Positions 49,891 to 63,491 of a DNA stretch of 64,000 bases are shown here, in pieces. The notes under the pieces are model-generated. The model was not told the DNA's origin and ran no database searches. It saw nothing but the letters and a program-made list of their open reading frames with translations. The stretch comes from Salpingoeca rosetta (lineage: Eukaryota > Protista > Choanoflagellata): positions 83,775 through 147,774 of the forward strand of contig JAWQFM010000017.1 in assembly GCA_033442325.1 (NCBI GenBank). Reading direction: 5' to 3'. Both the position numbers and the translations under genes were made by a program. Every line of letters begins with the position of its first letter. Position 1 is the stretch's first letter.

Positions 49891-52800
49891 TGCAAGCAGG
49901 CATATTTGAAAGCTTCCAGCCCCTCATGCCATGTCATGCCACCGCCTTGTGCAACGTATGGTCGTAGGTCGCTGCATATGAACAAGAGATTGCACAGCTG
50001 CGGCAGGAGTTGCAGTCAAGCAACAACGAACGAGCCCAAGCAGAGGCAAAGGCAGCAGAGAAGACGGATGACGACTCAACGCTGCAGGCGAAACTCAAGT
50101 ACAGATATTGAAGTGCTGTCATCACACTCACTCACTCACTCACTCACTCACTCACTCATTTGAGTTAACCTAATTCATGCACTCGCTTACATACACACCA
50201 CACTCACCATGACAGCGCGGAGGTGGCTGCCCTTGAGGCGCAGGTGGCGGCGGCGCAGGAAGAAGCGACGAAGCAGCTAGCAGCAGAACGAGCAATGCGT
50301 GAGGAGATGGAGCAAGCGCTCACATCTGCAGTGCACAGCGGCAATGATGAAGCACTGCCCGCTGCCGCTGCCCTTGAGGTACAAATCCCTGTCATTCTGA
50401 CCCTGGCAAGGGCGGTAGTGGTCACTGTTGTGTGCAGTGAAGGCACGCGGGCGTACGTTCTTTTGAGCACATACATACGCTTACAATCACACACACGCAC
50501 ACACATTTACACACCCATATTCACACACACACATATTCACACGCACACCAACGACCCACCACCACCGTCAACCAGCGTGCTGCGTCCGCCCGTGACGCGA
50601 TGGTGCGTGACTTGTCTGCGCAGGTGTTTGCGCTGCGCCGCGCGTGTGTCGAGAAGGAGCGGCTGCGGTTTTCAGAGCAGAGCAGCGACTCGCCCGAGGC
50701 GAAGGAAATCCAGGCCATGCTCGACGAGAAGCTGAAGCTGGCGGTATGTGGTATTGGTGGCGGTGGTGGCGGTGATGGTGGCCGAGTCATGTGATCGATT
50801 GTTCGTGTTGTTTGATTGTTGATGTTGTTTGCCATGTTGTTGTTTTGTTCAGTGTTTTCCACGAGATGGTGGCATCCGATATGGCAGCTGTGATGTGGGA
50901 CAGATGAGTGCTGTTTGTTGTGCTTGTTTGGACGCGCACACCACACTTGTCTCACATTCAACATTTACATACGCACATACAATGCACGCGCAAACACACA
51001 CACACACATGCAACACACATGCATTCATGCGCACAACCCGTTCCCCTGCATTCGACATTGCAGGGCGAGGTGCAGACGTTGACTGCGCGCGTGTACGAGC
51101 TGGAGACGGAGCAGGAGGCGACAACACGATCACGCATGGCCATGAGCCCGGCGTCCCACGTCGCATCGGTGTTTGGGGACGCGTCAGCGCGCAACTCACC
51201 CGCACTCTTCCGCCGCGCGAACAACGACCGTGAAGGCGACAGCGACACGGGCGCCAGCAGCGACGTGGTTGGGCCAACGGCGGCTGTGCCTGCAGGCACA
51301 AATGGTGATGGCGGTGGCACCTTGACGCAGCTCTTCAGCATCATCCAGTGCAGTCTTGTTCTTGCTGTGGAAGTGGAGAAGGCGGATGAACCGCTGGGCA
51401 TGGCCCTTCGGTCGTCACGGTTCGGGTCAGACTCCAACGCCCTGTCGGTGATTGCTGTTCGCGGCGTCACGCCAAACGCGGCCGCACACCGGGCCGGCAT
51501 TGAGAGCGGCGACCTGGTGGGTGGCGTTGTTTGTTTGTTTGTTTGTTTGTTTGTTTGTTTGTTTGTGTGTGTTTGTTTGTTGTGTGTGTTTGTGTTTGTT
51601 TGTTTGTTTGTTTGTGTTTGTGTGTGTTTGTTGTGTTTGTTTGTTTGTTTGTGCGTGTGTGTACATTAGTGTGTGTGTGTGTGTGTACGTTAGTGTGTGT
51701 GTGTATGTTTGTCTGTCCGTCTTGTGTGTGTGTGTGTTACTGTGTGCGTATGTCCATATGTCCGTGTCTGTATCTGTGTATTCATCCATCAGGTACACTG
51801 CCGCGCACACGGCGTACAAATTGCAAACACCTTTCCCCTTTCCCTCGCCCCCCCCCCCCCTCACCACAACCCAACCTGCACACCCCACAGCTGTTGCAGA
51901 TTGACGACGTGTATCTGGTCGACGCCACGAAGCGACAGGCCGTGGCCGCGGTGCAGGCAGCCGGCGACCGCGTGCGTATTGTGCTCGCCCGTCCCGGTGG
52001 GCTTGACGTCGCATCCAGGAAGGCAAGTGCACCGCCGACCGCAACCGCAACGACCACGACCACAACAGCCGATGTTACGATGGGTGCCGCTGGTGGCACC
52101 AGCGATGGTGATGGCGATGGTGCTGTTCCCTCGGCGGGCAGTGGCAGTGCGCTGAACGACGACGCGGAACAGCTGTTGCAGCGGCTGCGGGAGAAGGAAC
52201 GGGAGACAGAGAGCCTTCGTGCGCGCCAGAAGTCGCTGTTGAAGCAGCACGACGAGCACGTGGCCGCACTGCAGCGGTACGAGAGAGAGCGCGATGCTGT
52301 GCTGAGAAAGGCAGCCAGCACCCGTGCCCGCCTCAGCCGCAGCAGTGGCAGCGACAGCACGTCGCACATCACGACCGCCACGAGTGCTGTGAACACACCG
52401 TCACCGCCGCCCAACAAGGGCGATGAGGGAGAGGCAGGAGAAGAGCACGAAGAAGAAGAAGAGGATTTCCAGTCCCGGGTGTTTGGCGTGCTGGAGACAT
52501 CGCAGCAGAATGCAGTGGAGGTTGAGCGACTGCGCGGTGAGGTGGAGCGGCTCAAGGCGAGTGTGCAGGAGTACAGCGACGCGCTGGCGAGTGCACAGGC
52601 GACGCTGGCAAAGGAGAAGGAACTACACACGTCCGCATCCGACACGCGCGCGCGGGAAGAGCAGCTGCGACGTGACCTCGCTGCAAAGACGATGGAGTTG
52701 GATGTGCTCAAGGGGACAGCGGCCGCGATTGAGGAGTCGCTGCAGGAGGCGCACAGCACCATCAGCGGTCTGCGCACAGAGAACTTGCAGCTGCACGAAA

Positions 52801-52964
52801 AGCTCAACAGCGAGGGCGGCTCCCCGAAACAGGTGTGTGTTTTTGTGTGTGTGTCGTTGTGTGTGTCGTTGTGTGTCTGTGTGTCTGTGTGTCTGTGCGT
52901 GTGTCTGTGTGTCTGTGCGTCCGTGTGTGCGTGTTTTTGTGTGTGTGTGTCGTTGTGTGTGTCG

Positions 52965-53007
<43 letters not shown>

Positions 53008-54710
53008 AGTGTGTGTTTTTGTGTCGGTGTGTCGGTGTATCTGTGTGTGTCTGTGTGTCTATCTGTGTGTCTGTGTCTGTGCGTCTGTGCGTCTGTGTGT
53101 GTGTGTGTGTGTGTGTGTGCGTCTGTGTGTCTGTGTCTGTGTGTACCTGTGTCTGTGTGTCTGTGTGTGCGAAACCACATTTCGCTCCCCGTTCGCCCAT
53201 GCTTGGGATTCATTGGCCACACGCTTTCCTCCCCCCCCCCCTTTTTTTTCTTATCAATCCCACGCTTCCCCCCCCCCCCTTCCACCCAACACGCACGCAC
53301 GAATTGCAGACGGCCAAGCTGAAGGAGGTGATGGCGAAACACAACCAGGAGAAGGCCAAGTACCGGTCCCAGCTCGATGCCATGAAGAAGAAGGTGAAGG
53401 AGGCAGAGGCACGCCAACGCGGCGACACCAAGCGGCTGCAAGGCGAACTGACACGCCTGCAGAAGGCGCTGGCTGATGAGGAGGGGCGGGCGGCGCAGTT
53501 GGAGGAGAAGGCACGCGAGTTGCAGCAAGAGCGCGACGAGCTGCAGTCACGCGTGCACAAGCTGGAGACAGACGCATCGACGCTCACGGCGCAAGCTAAG
53601 GAGGCGGCAGATGTGCAGCAGCGCACAGAGGCCGCGATGAACACGTCCATTGGTAGTCTGGACCGCGACCTGCAGGCAAAGACGGCAGAGGCGGAGCGGC
53701 TGCGAGCGCGTGTGCAGGAGCTGGAGAAGCAGGTGGGGCAGCAGCGCAGCAAGCTCGACGGGCGTGCAGCCGACTTTGAGACGGGGAAGAAGGAGTACAG
53801 GGAGGAGATGAACGCGCGTGTTGCGGGTGCGGAGGCGGCGGCGACAGAGGCACGGCGGGAACGCGACAAGTCTCTACAGGAGCTGGCGCAGCTGCGAGCT
53901 GAACTGCAGGCGAAGGACTCACTGGTGTCATCACTACAAGAGGAGCGCCATCAGTTGCTGCAGCAGGTGCAGCCCGGTGCAACAGCACGCCGTGGTGATG
54001 GTGGTGATGATGGTGGCCACAGCGGCCAGGCGAAGAACGGCAACGGGAAGCCAGCGTCATCAGAGGTGAGCGTTTGTACGTGTGTGTGTATCTGTTGTAT
54101 GTGTGTTGTGTGTGCGAGTGTGTGTGTGTATGTGGTGTGTGTGTGTGTATGTGTGTGTGCGTGTGTGTGTGTGTGTAGGAAAGAGTTGTGACTTGAGACT
54201 TCATCGTGTATTCATGCACCTGTCTCACACTCGCGTTCTCACAATGCACTCGCTCCCTCTGCCACCTCTCTGTCCATTTTGTTTCTTGCTTGTGCAGCTG
54301 TGGGACATTGTGTGCAGCAAGAGCAAAGAGGAGGTGCTGAAGATGCTTGAGGACCGCGACGAGGAAGCGGAGCGGCTGCGCACGTACATCGAAGGCCTTA
54401 TGGAGGTCATCATCGACAAGTCGCCAGACATCCTGGAGCACGTCAACAAGCTCAACGTCTCGGTACGCGTGCGTGGCAGGGTGTTGTCGAATCCACCATG
54501 CTGTGTGCATTGTGCTGCGTGGCTTGCTGTCTCGCTACACTGTCGGTGTGCTCACTCACTCATGAATAGTACTCACACGTGTTTGACGACTTTGCACGAC
54601 CTTGTACGTGACAGCAACACGGCTTTGTTGGGTCGCTGCGTCGCTCACACCGCCGATCCATGCGCTCCAAGAAGGACAAGAACGGCGATGGCACCGATGG
54701 CAAAACCTGA
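42334..54710 (+). CDS. Large multi-exon scaffold: PDZ, PTP-like pseudophosphatase, SAM, possible ubiquitin-like/RA region, coiled coil, PDZ, coiled coil, C-terminal Rab11-FIP-type RBD
   Basis: PDZ1 [10 protein letters not shown] / [27 protein letters not shown] (45034-45610); PTP motifs [23 protein letters not shown] (46810-48040); [23 protein letters not shown] (48360-48590); PDZ2 [24 protein letters not shown] (51350-51990); [45 protein letters not shown] (54298-54462); last exon 54615-54710. The 5' exon structure is uncertain and an N gap at 49552-49651 could hide a gene boundary. Confidence 0.65.
49552..49651. other. Assembly gap (100 N)
   Basis: N run; upstream ~150 bp looks like a low-quality read end. 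Confidence 1.
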
Positions 54711-54802
54711 CAAGCCGTCGTCTGTTTCCTGAGCGGTCGGCCGCGTTGTCGTAGGCGTAGGGGAAATGATGTTTCTGTTTTGTTGTGTTGCGAGAGCGAT
54801 GT

Positions 54803-54835
<33 letters not shown>

Positions 54836-55017
54836 CGGTAGTGCGTATGCTGCTGATAGGGCAGGCGCAGACGCGGGGCTGGGGGCGGGGAGCTGTGCGC
54901 ACTTCGTTATCCGAGTGTGGGAAGGGACGAGGTGGTCAAACCCGGTTACGACACCATAAAAGTTTTGGATGTAACGGCTGGCAGATATCGCACCAACAAC
55001 AAACAAAGCAAACCGTG

Positions 55018-55110
55018 ATGAGTTTGAAGAAGGTGTCGCTTGCCAAGCTCAAGAAGACGCTGCGTGGGCCTCAGGACCCATTCAGAGTTGAGAAGAACGT
55101 CGAAACACTG

Positions 55111-55151
<41 letters not shown>

Positions 55152-55707
55152 GTGTGTGTTGTGTGTGTATTTGCTGTGTGTGTATGTGTTTGTGTATGTG
55201 TGTGTGTGTGTTTGCTTGTTTTGTGTGTCTGTGTGCGTCTGCACTTGCATCTGCACTTGTATCTGCACTTGTGTTTGCACCTGTGTCTGTCTGCAATCCT
55301 CTGTGTGTCTGCATGCATACAGTTGTACGCGTGCACGAGGCCTTGTTCTCTCCCTCACTGTTCGTTCACACGTCCTCTTTTCACGCTCACACAATGTTTT
55401 TGGACGCTGCTTGGACAGGTGTACTTGGAATGCATCGTGTACCTGCGAGAACTGGCGAAACAAGCAACGGTGGAAGCACAACGCTCTCGCATGAAGGTTG
55501 GTGCATGCTGCTGGCACAGCGTGTGCACACCTGGCCACAGCTTGATTTGTGAAGGACCACGATGTTCTTCTCCGCCATGCGAATCGCTCTTGCACTCACA
55601 ACAACAACGCACGTGCACAACACATACACACACACGCATACACATAAACACGCTGTTTTCGAATTCGATAGACGATCCAATCCGCACACATCGCAAAGGC
55701 TGCCAAG
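55018..55707 (+). CDS. CENPW: CENP-W-like histone-fold kinetochore protein (last exon not resolved)
   Basis: Exons 55018-55110 (MSLKKVSLAKLKKTLRGPQDPFRVEKNVETL), 55419-55496 (VYLECIVYLRELAKQATVEAQRSRMK) and 55672-55707 (TIQSAHIAKAAK) have phase-0 GT-AG junctions. They resemble the recalled CENP-W pattern LKR..K....LRLEK..DLLVHLNCLLFVHRLA....A......I...HV..AAK. Confidence 0.7.
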
Positions 55708-56198
55708 GTGCGTTTCTCACACACGCACAGAACACGCTGCTCTCCCTAACACACGTTGCATACTTCAGCAATACCCCCCCCCCACACACACACACACTAT
55801 TCACTCCTGTTCCTCTTCAGCACCAGTCTTTTGATTCGTTCATTGTCTGTGAACAACCACAGTATGCATGCACAACAACCCATATCAACAACAACACAAT
55901 GGGCAAATGCCCTTGCTAGCAACACAAACAAGCAAACACACACACAGGTCACAACAGCACACGCCAAAAAGGTCGGCGTGAGCACATCTCACATGACTAA
56001 TCCACCCTGTACACACGTGCACGCATGCACTGCTGACGCGCAACAAACACCATTAGGCAATCGAGGCCAAGCTGTCCGTGGACTGACGGGCGTGTGGGAG
56101 ATCACACACACACGCGCGCATAGCACACCACGGCGCACCCGGCAAGAAAACGCACAACGAAGCAAGCAGCTTGACTACGTACGCTGCTGCTAATGAAC

Positions 56199-56235
<37 letters not shown>

Positions 56236-56494
56236 CGACGACGACGAACAACGGGTATTAGGAGCAAGCGAACGAGATTCCAACAGGCTGGGCGTGATTA
56301 GACGAAGCACGCGAACAAGCCAAACAACCGCTTGAGCGCCTGTATGTCCTTTGAACGACCTTGAACCCCCCCCGCCCCACACACACCCACACACACACTC
56401 TCTCTCTCTCCTTCCTGTAAGCGTATAATGTGATTCTCTCACTGCCCTGCCCCCGTAAGTAAACGACCACATGTGATGCCATGTCACGCAGCCG

Positions 56495-56619
56495 TCACTT
56501 CCTCCTCATGCTTGCTCGCGCTGACGACGATGACGACGGGGGCCTTGGTGCGGCTTCTTGGGTCGTGTGCACCGTCGTGATGAACGCATGCTTGTCCTCG
56601 GGCACCCGGAACTGCACAG

Positions 56620-56668
<49 letters not shown>

Positions 56669-57852
56669 CACTCGAATGCAACCTTCTTGATACTCAATCA
56701 CAACAACAGCAGCAACAAACTGGCAACAACAACTCCATCCCACCACACACCACCATGTCCCACCTTGATGACAAAACTGGAACGGCTAAACACGCTGCCG
56801 CGCCGGCTGAGGCGGAACGAACCGCTGCGTGAAATGCCCTTTGATCGCCCGCCAGTCATGTCCAGATTCTGCAGCAGCACGCACGTGTCCCCATGCGCTG
56901 TGGTGTGTGTGTGTGTGTGTGTACGTATGTGTGTGTGTGTGTGTGTGTGTGTGTAGTTGTGTGTACGTATGTGTGTAGTGTGTGTGTGTGGTGTGTGTGT
57001 GTGTCCCCCAATGGTGGTGGTGGTGTTCCGTGGGGTGGTGTTCCATAGGTGGTGGTGGGGTGAAAAAATTTGAAAAAAAAGCGTTTCAAACACCGCGGCG
57101 TGGTTTGAACCACACCAATAGGGCGTTGAATTTTCCTCTGGTTTTGGAGAAGGCCCCCCGTCAAAACTTTTTTTGTTTTAAAGAAACAAGGGAAAATTGA
57201 AAAANNNNNNNNNNNNNNNNNNNNNNNNNNNNNNNNNNNNNNNNNNNNNNNNNNNNNNNNNNNNNNNNNNNNNNNNNNNNNNNNNNNNNNNNNNNNNNNN
57301 NNNNAGGCACACACAGCACACCTGTACATGCATACACACTCGCACACACACGCACTTGTACACGCACGCACACACGCACACACCTTGCCGTGCAGTGCCT
57401 CCTTGCCTTTCTTCATCTTGGTGACAATCACCATTGTGGGCAGCACATACACAGCCGCTTCCTGCAAAGGGTGAAGTCAAATACATAACAGACGACACGA
57501 AGCACGAGTGAGCTGAGAAACAGAGCGCGAGTACTCAGGTACACACGCAATCACATTGATACGCACTTTCACATACACACGCACCGCACACACAATACAA
57601 ATGCCCACTTCCTACAGCAACACCATTCCCCATATCCATACACACCTTGTCATCCTTAAAGTGCGCCTTGCGCTCAAACAGCACCGTCGCGTTTTTGTCG
57701 AGTTTGTGCTTCGAGTCGAGCAGCGACTGCAGCGCCGCCAGCTTGATTCTCATGTCCACTCCTTGCACGACAGACACACATGTGCGAATTGCATTGTCCA
57801 GCGCAGCATGCTCCTCGCTCTCAGCAGGCGTGTACTGTGAAGTAGCAAGGGT

Positions 57853-57913
<61 letters not shown>

Positions 57914-60306
57914 ACGGGACAGCATGTGGAACGTATGTAATGGCATATGAAAGACACAAGCAACATACACCCAAAGCGCAAACCCACACAGTCAAGCACT
58001 CACGACAACCAACCCAAGACAAGACAGTAGACAAGAACACAATCGCCCCTCGACCGCACCTTGAGGATTCTGCCGAGGAGGAGCTGGTACGATGTGAGTT
58101 TGTGGCGTGGAAGATCAAGGAGCGAGGACAGATCCATGCGGTGCAGATGCGACAAGTCGCGGCCTGTCTGTACGGCGTGGTGGTGGTGGTGGTGTTGGTG
58201 GAGATAAGGTGCAGGTAGGGCCGGCGATGATGGAGAGACGAGAGAAACGGGTGAGTGGAAGGAGTCGTGTGGGGCAGAGGAAGCGGATATCATCAGAACG
58301 CAACACAGAAAAGCGTAAGCAACTTGCTCAATCATCTTCACCACATATCACGACAATACTCTGCCCATTCCGTGGAAACCCCACGTCCACACACGCACGC
58401 ATTACATGCACAGCTCACCTCGACAAACTCGAGAAAGACGCGGCTCTCCTTGCGCAGTGTCTCCAAGAGCCCTTTTGCCTTGGCCTGGTTGCTCAGGTAG
58501 TCGCTGTACACGTCTGTCACCTTTGGAATCTATCGAATCAAATACACGCACGCACGCACGCACACGCACGCACACACACGCACACACACACATGTATGTG
58601 TGAGTGACGGTCAGTTAAGGCGAACAAGTCACGCTTGAGACGTCGTTGTCGTGTACAGTGTGTTGAAATGTGGCATGCCATGCCACAAGCAAGCACAAAA
58701 CGCCTGTGCGCACGCAAACGAACAAACAAACACACGCACATAAAACAAAACACCACGGCTTCGACGCGTGTCACGACACATACATCTCACCCATTCTGCG
58801 ACAATGTTGCCAACATCACCAACACCATTCTCATCAATGGCACTGTTCAGCTGCACATACAGCTCTGTTGGAACAACAACACAGCAAACGAGATCCAAGT
58901 AGCAAGCATGTGTGAGGAGTGCAAGCGAGGACGCCCTGAAAAGGATCGGCACGCACACCTGCACGCACACGCACAACACACACAACACACACAACACACA
59001 ACACACACAACACACGCAACACACACACACACACACACACACAACACAAACACACACACTCATCGCATGCAAAAAAACAGCGGCGCGCACCCACCCTGGT
59101 GGAGGTCTCGGATTTCCGTGAGACGGAAGAAGATGAGCTGCTGCTGTGCTTCGGATATGGCCTTGAACTTGAGCATCGGTCCCGCGTACACATTCAGCGT
59201 CTCCGAGATGTGGGCGAGGAACGACTGCTCGCGGTGGCACAGCTCGTGAATCGCCTGCCCGTGCGTGCCGTGGTGGAAGTAGAAAATACAAATGTCAGCG
59301 GAGCACAAATGCAGGTTACATCCAAGTGTATATTGCACACACGCCTACAATTGGGATGCAGGGCCGTTCACAAGAGACAGACAGACACACACACACACAC
59401 AGACACACACACACACACAGACACACACACACACACACAGACAGACAGACACACAGACACACAGACACACACACAGACACACACGGAGACAGACAAACAC
59501 ACACAGACACACACACACAGACAAACACACACAGACACACACAGACACACAGAGAGGGGACCAGACCACTTTCTTCTCATCAAGCAAAACACACCCCTTC
59601 GCCCCAGGCTCTCAGCTTTACTTCAACGCCAAACTCTCAATGTTCCCACACGTCACCACTCCCACGATACGAACAAACTTGCATCCCTCCTCCCATCTTC
59701 CACCCCAACCCCTTCCAAAAACCAACGCACCTCTCTGCGCGCCTGTTCTCGCCGTGGGACGTCCTTCCGCTCTGCCTCCGACACGCCCGAAGCCCAGGGC
59801 GCAAAGTCTGCCCTGCACCGCTCTGGCTCGCCAAAGTAGTGCCGCGACGGCGTCTGCTTGTGGCGCGCAACCCGCTGGCGTGCACGCTGGCTCACGCTGC
59901 GGTACATGCCCTTCATGCGACGCGTCACGGAGTTTGTGCGCTCGCGTGGACCGTGGAAATCGCTCACGGAGGTGCTGCGCGAAGCCGTCCGCTTGCGCTC
60001 AGCAAGCGACGTTGAAGTGGAAGAAGCGGCCGCGGCCGTGGAGGTGGAAGATGATGATGAGGCAGAGGAGGAAGATGCTGATCTGGATGTTGATCTAGCT
60101 GTTGATCTGGACGCTGTTCTGGAGACGGAAGCGTCTCGAGATGAAGATGATGATGATGATGATGCAACAGGTGCTGGTGATGCTTTTGGCTTTGCAGTGC
60201 CATCCTCCTCCTTCTCTTTCTTTGCGGCCTGTTCGCAATCCACGCTGGGATCACGGCTTGCGCTGGATCCCGCGTGCTTCCGCTTGGCACTGCGGGGGCT
60301 GGCCAT
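56495..60306 (-). CDS. NET1: DH-PH RhoGEF of the NET1/ARHGEF3 family, multi-exon, crosses an N gap
   Basis: Exon peptides [87 protein letters not shown] and a PH loop SGSFR match the recalled NET1/ARHGEF3 DH-PH. The N-terminus is basic and Ser-rich. The start may lie in an upstream exon. Confidence 0.8.
57205..57304. other. Assembly gap (100 N)
   Basis: N run; upstream ~160 bp is homopolymer-rich and looks low quality. Confidence 1.
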
Positions 60307-60838
60307 GTCTTTCTGCACCATGCCATAACAAAACCAAAACAACCACATACACACATTCACATGTACGTGCGCGTGTGACAACGCCAGTGGATGTCAGCAA
60401 CTATCATGCAAGCCATGCATACGAACATACGAACCAAGTTGTCTTGCCCTTTGAACAGCCACTCGACAACATACATACACGCACGAGTAACCCACAAGTA
60501 CACAAACACTCACTCACTCACTCACTCACACTCTCAATCGTACCCACATGTGCACATACACACGACTCACCCACACCAGCACACACATGCCCACACGAGT
60601 GCAAACTGTAATGCGTACGTTGACGTCCAGCCGCTGAAGTGGCGTGCATGGGATGGATGGCGATGCCGTTGCAGATGCGCCGCGACCTCTGGAGTTTGGT
60701 CGAGGGCTGCAAATTGTGTCATGCAACTCGCTCGGGATGGCCAGCTGGCGAGAGCGCGGGCGATGCGCCCCACGCAGGCTGTCTGTCATGTTGCTTGGTC
60801 GTGCGGGATGCTGTCTGCGATGGTGGAGGTGTTGTGAT

Positions 60839-60858
60839 TTCAAATTTTCGCGGCGCGG
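60839..60858 (-). promoter_or_regulatory. Candidate CDE/CHR (E2F-DREAM/MuvB-type) element
   Basis: The minus strand reads CCGCGCCGCG-AAAA-TTTGAA: a GC box, a 4-nt spacer and the CHR hexamer, lying in the divergent RhoGEF/KH intergenic region. Confidence 0.35.
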
Positions 60859-61014
60859 CATGTAATGCGACATCTTGCTGTAATTTTCTACATCTTGAAG
60901 ATATTCGCGGATATTCTGCTTTGAACAAAAGCCGCCAAAGACGACAAGGAGGAGATCGCGCGAACGCCAACCACAGCCAGCGAACACGAGCACACCTGCT
61001 CCACCGACCTGACG

Positions 61015-62139
61015 ATGTCTGACACGGAGAGCAACGACAAAGGCGCAGCTGCCAAGCGCACTGCTGATGAGGCAGAGGCAGCAGAGGCAACCGATGACAA
61101 CCACGAGGACACGCCGTTCCCCAAGCGCAAAAGTGAGTGTGTACGTTGTGTGGTGTATGGGTGTGTACGTTGTGTGTGTGTGTGTGTGTTTCTGAGTGTG
61201 TGCGTGTTCTATGCAGTGCAGTGTGGGTTTTGTGTTGTGTTGGCGCGCGCGCGGGTTTTTCCTCCTTTGGTTGCTGACAGGTGGATGACGTGATCGGGCG
61301 AACCAACTGCGAGGGGATGGTGTCTTGGTGCTTTCTCTGCTTTCAACCCAGAGATCAACTTGCATCTATTGCTGTGTACCTTTTTTTTTTTTTCCATGCG
61401 CTGTCCCTGGCACCGCCACTGATTCTGTGTTGTGGCCTCTCAACCTAACGAGCCTGACCATGTCGCTTGTTTTCCCATTGGCGTATGACGCTGGCGTGCG
61501 TGTGCCCATCCTTGTTGACACGTTTGGTGGCGCGTGCCCTCTCCTAGCGGTGGACATGGTCGAAGACGACGACGATTACGAGTCGGATGATGAGGAGCGC
61601 GGGACGGTGCGCCACCGCGCGCGCGAGGCCCACGAATCCATGGAGGAGGAAGGCGATGGCGACGAGCCCTCGCGCAACGGCGGTGACGCCAAGCAAGGCG
61701 ACAAGGCGTCCACCGACACAGACAAGCAAAGTTCCGCAGACAGCAAGGGCCGCGCCCACAGTACCAGGTCCAACGACGCGCTCCTGCCAAAGCCCAGCCG
61801 CAAGTTCAAGACCCCAACCTCGTGAGTACTCGGCTGGAACTTGGGCTGCTACACGCCTCGGCGCGCCCACTCTTGTTTTTGTCGCTGTCAGCGAAGTTTC
61901 GCGTCAGTGTGGTTGTCTGGTTCGCTAAACTTGCACTTCTTGCCGGAGTTCGCTGGCATGCTTCATGCGCTCTCATTCACCTGCCATCATGGCGCCACTG
62001 CTTTGCTGTTTCTTCTTGCGCTGTGCTCCCACATGTCACCTTACCGCCTCTCTTTTTTCAGACAAGAGGAAGCTGAAGGCACCATCACCGTGTCCGAGTC
62101 CCAGACCAGCTTCCTGCACAACTCGGTACGCAATTGTGC

Positions 62140-62201
<62 letters not shown>

Positions 62202-63419
62202 TGGTCCTCTCCTCTCTATTTTGCACGGTTCCTCTGTTTGTCCTCGAGCATGCGCCTGTTTTTGCATCCATCCCGAAACCCCCCCCCGCTCGTCTCTCCC
62301 ATTTCTCTTCTTGTTCTTCCTCCACGACTGAGAAGATGATGACGATGAGGTGATCGTGTATGAAGAGACTGCAACTGCACGCCTGGTACCCTGCCTGTCC
62401 CACCTCAACCAACCCCTCGCAACCCCATCTACACCACCCCAACAACCGCCACGGCTGTTGCCACCGCTGCTCGCACCATTTCACACAGCCCATGGGCCGG
62501 ACAGAGGGCTACAGCAACCGGCAGTGCATTGAGGCCACAGCAGACGTGATGACGCGGTTTGTGAGTCGCACCGTCCTCTCCATCCGCGGCAGGGCCAAGA
62601 ACGTCGAGCAGGCAAAGTTCTACCTTGATCTCTTCCTCAACCAGCGAAACGGTACCACGACCAGCAACACCACAGCACAGCACCAACACATGGCAACAGC
62701 TTCTCACACCACAGCTTACCACAGCATTGCAACAGCACAGCGCAGCACTCGTTCCAACACAGCGACATGTTGCTGCCACCATCAACTCCACGTCTTTCCC
62801 AACAGCTTTGCATGCACTCGCAAGCGCAGCAACAGATCCGCCCCCTTCCTCGCTCTTTTGTTTCCTTCATTGTTCATTTTCCTGTTTTCTTTGCCTTTTT
62901 TCCCCTCGCCGAGGGCGCTGAACACATGTGTTGACTGCCATCCTTTCCAGCGCACCACACCACACCGCCTAAGCTAACCCACGTTACGTTTCCTGCACCT
63001 CATTCACACATACAAACATCACACTACGCGCAAAACACACACATACAAACATCACACTACGCGCAAAACACACATGCGCGCGCACGCACGCACTGTTCTA
63101 CCGTGCAGGCCAAGTGTATCTGCCGATGGAAGATGTGGAGCAGCGGGACGACGTGACGCTGCTGCCCATCCCCTTCAAGGCGGCCGGCATCGTCAGCGGC
63201 AAGGGCGGGTCAAACCTCCGCATGCTCGAACAGCGGTTCTCCGTCCTCCTCTTCTACCTCAGGGTACGCGTGCAATTCTGGTGGGCTGGGGGATCAACAA
63301 CAGCGGCGTCTTTATATCGGTTCCGTCTCCCTTTTCTGTACATCATCCCTGTTCTTTCACCGTTCTCGACAGACGTCACCACCACCACCACCATTTTATC
63401 ATCATCATCATCCTCATCC

Positions 63420-63491
<72 letters not shown>

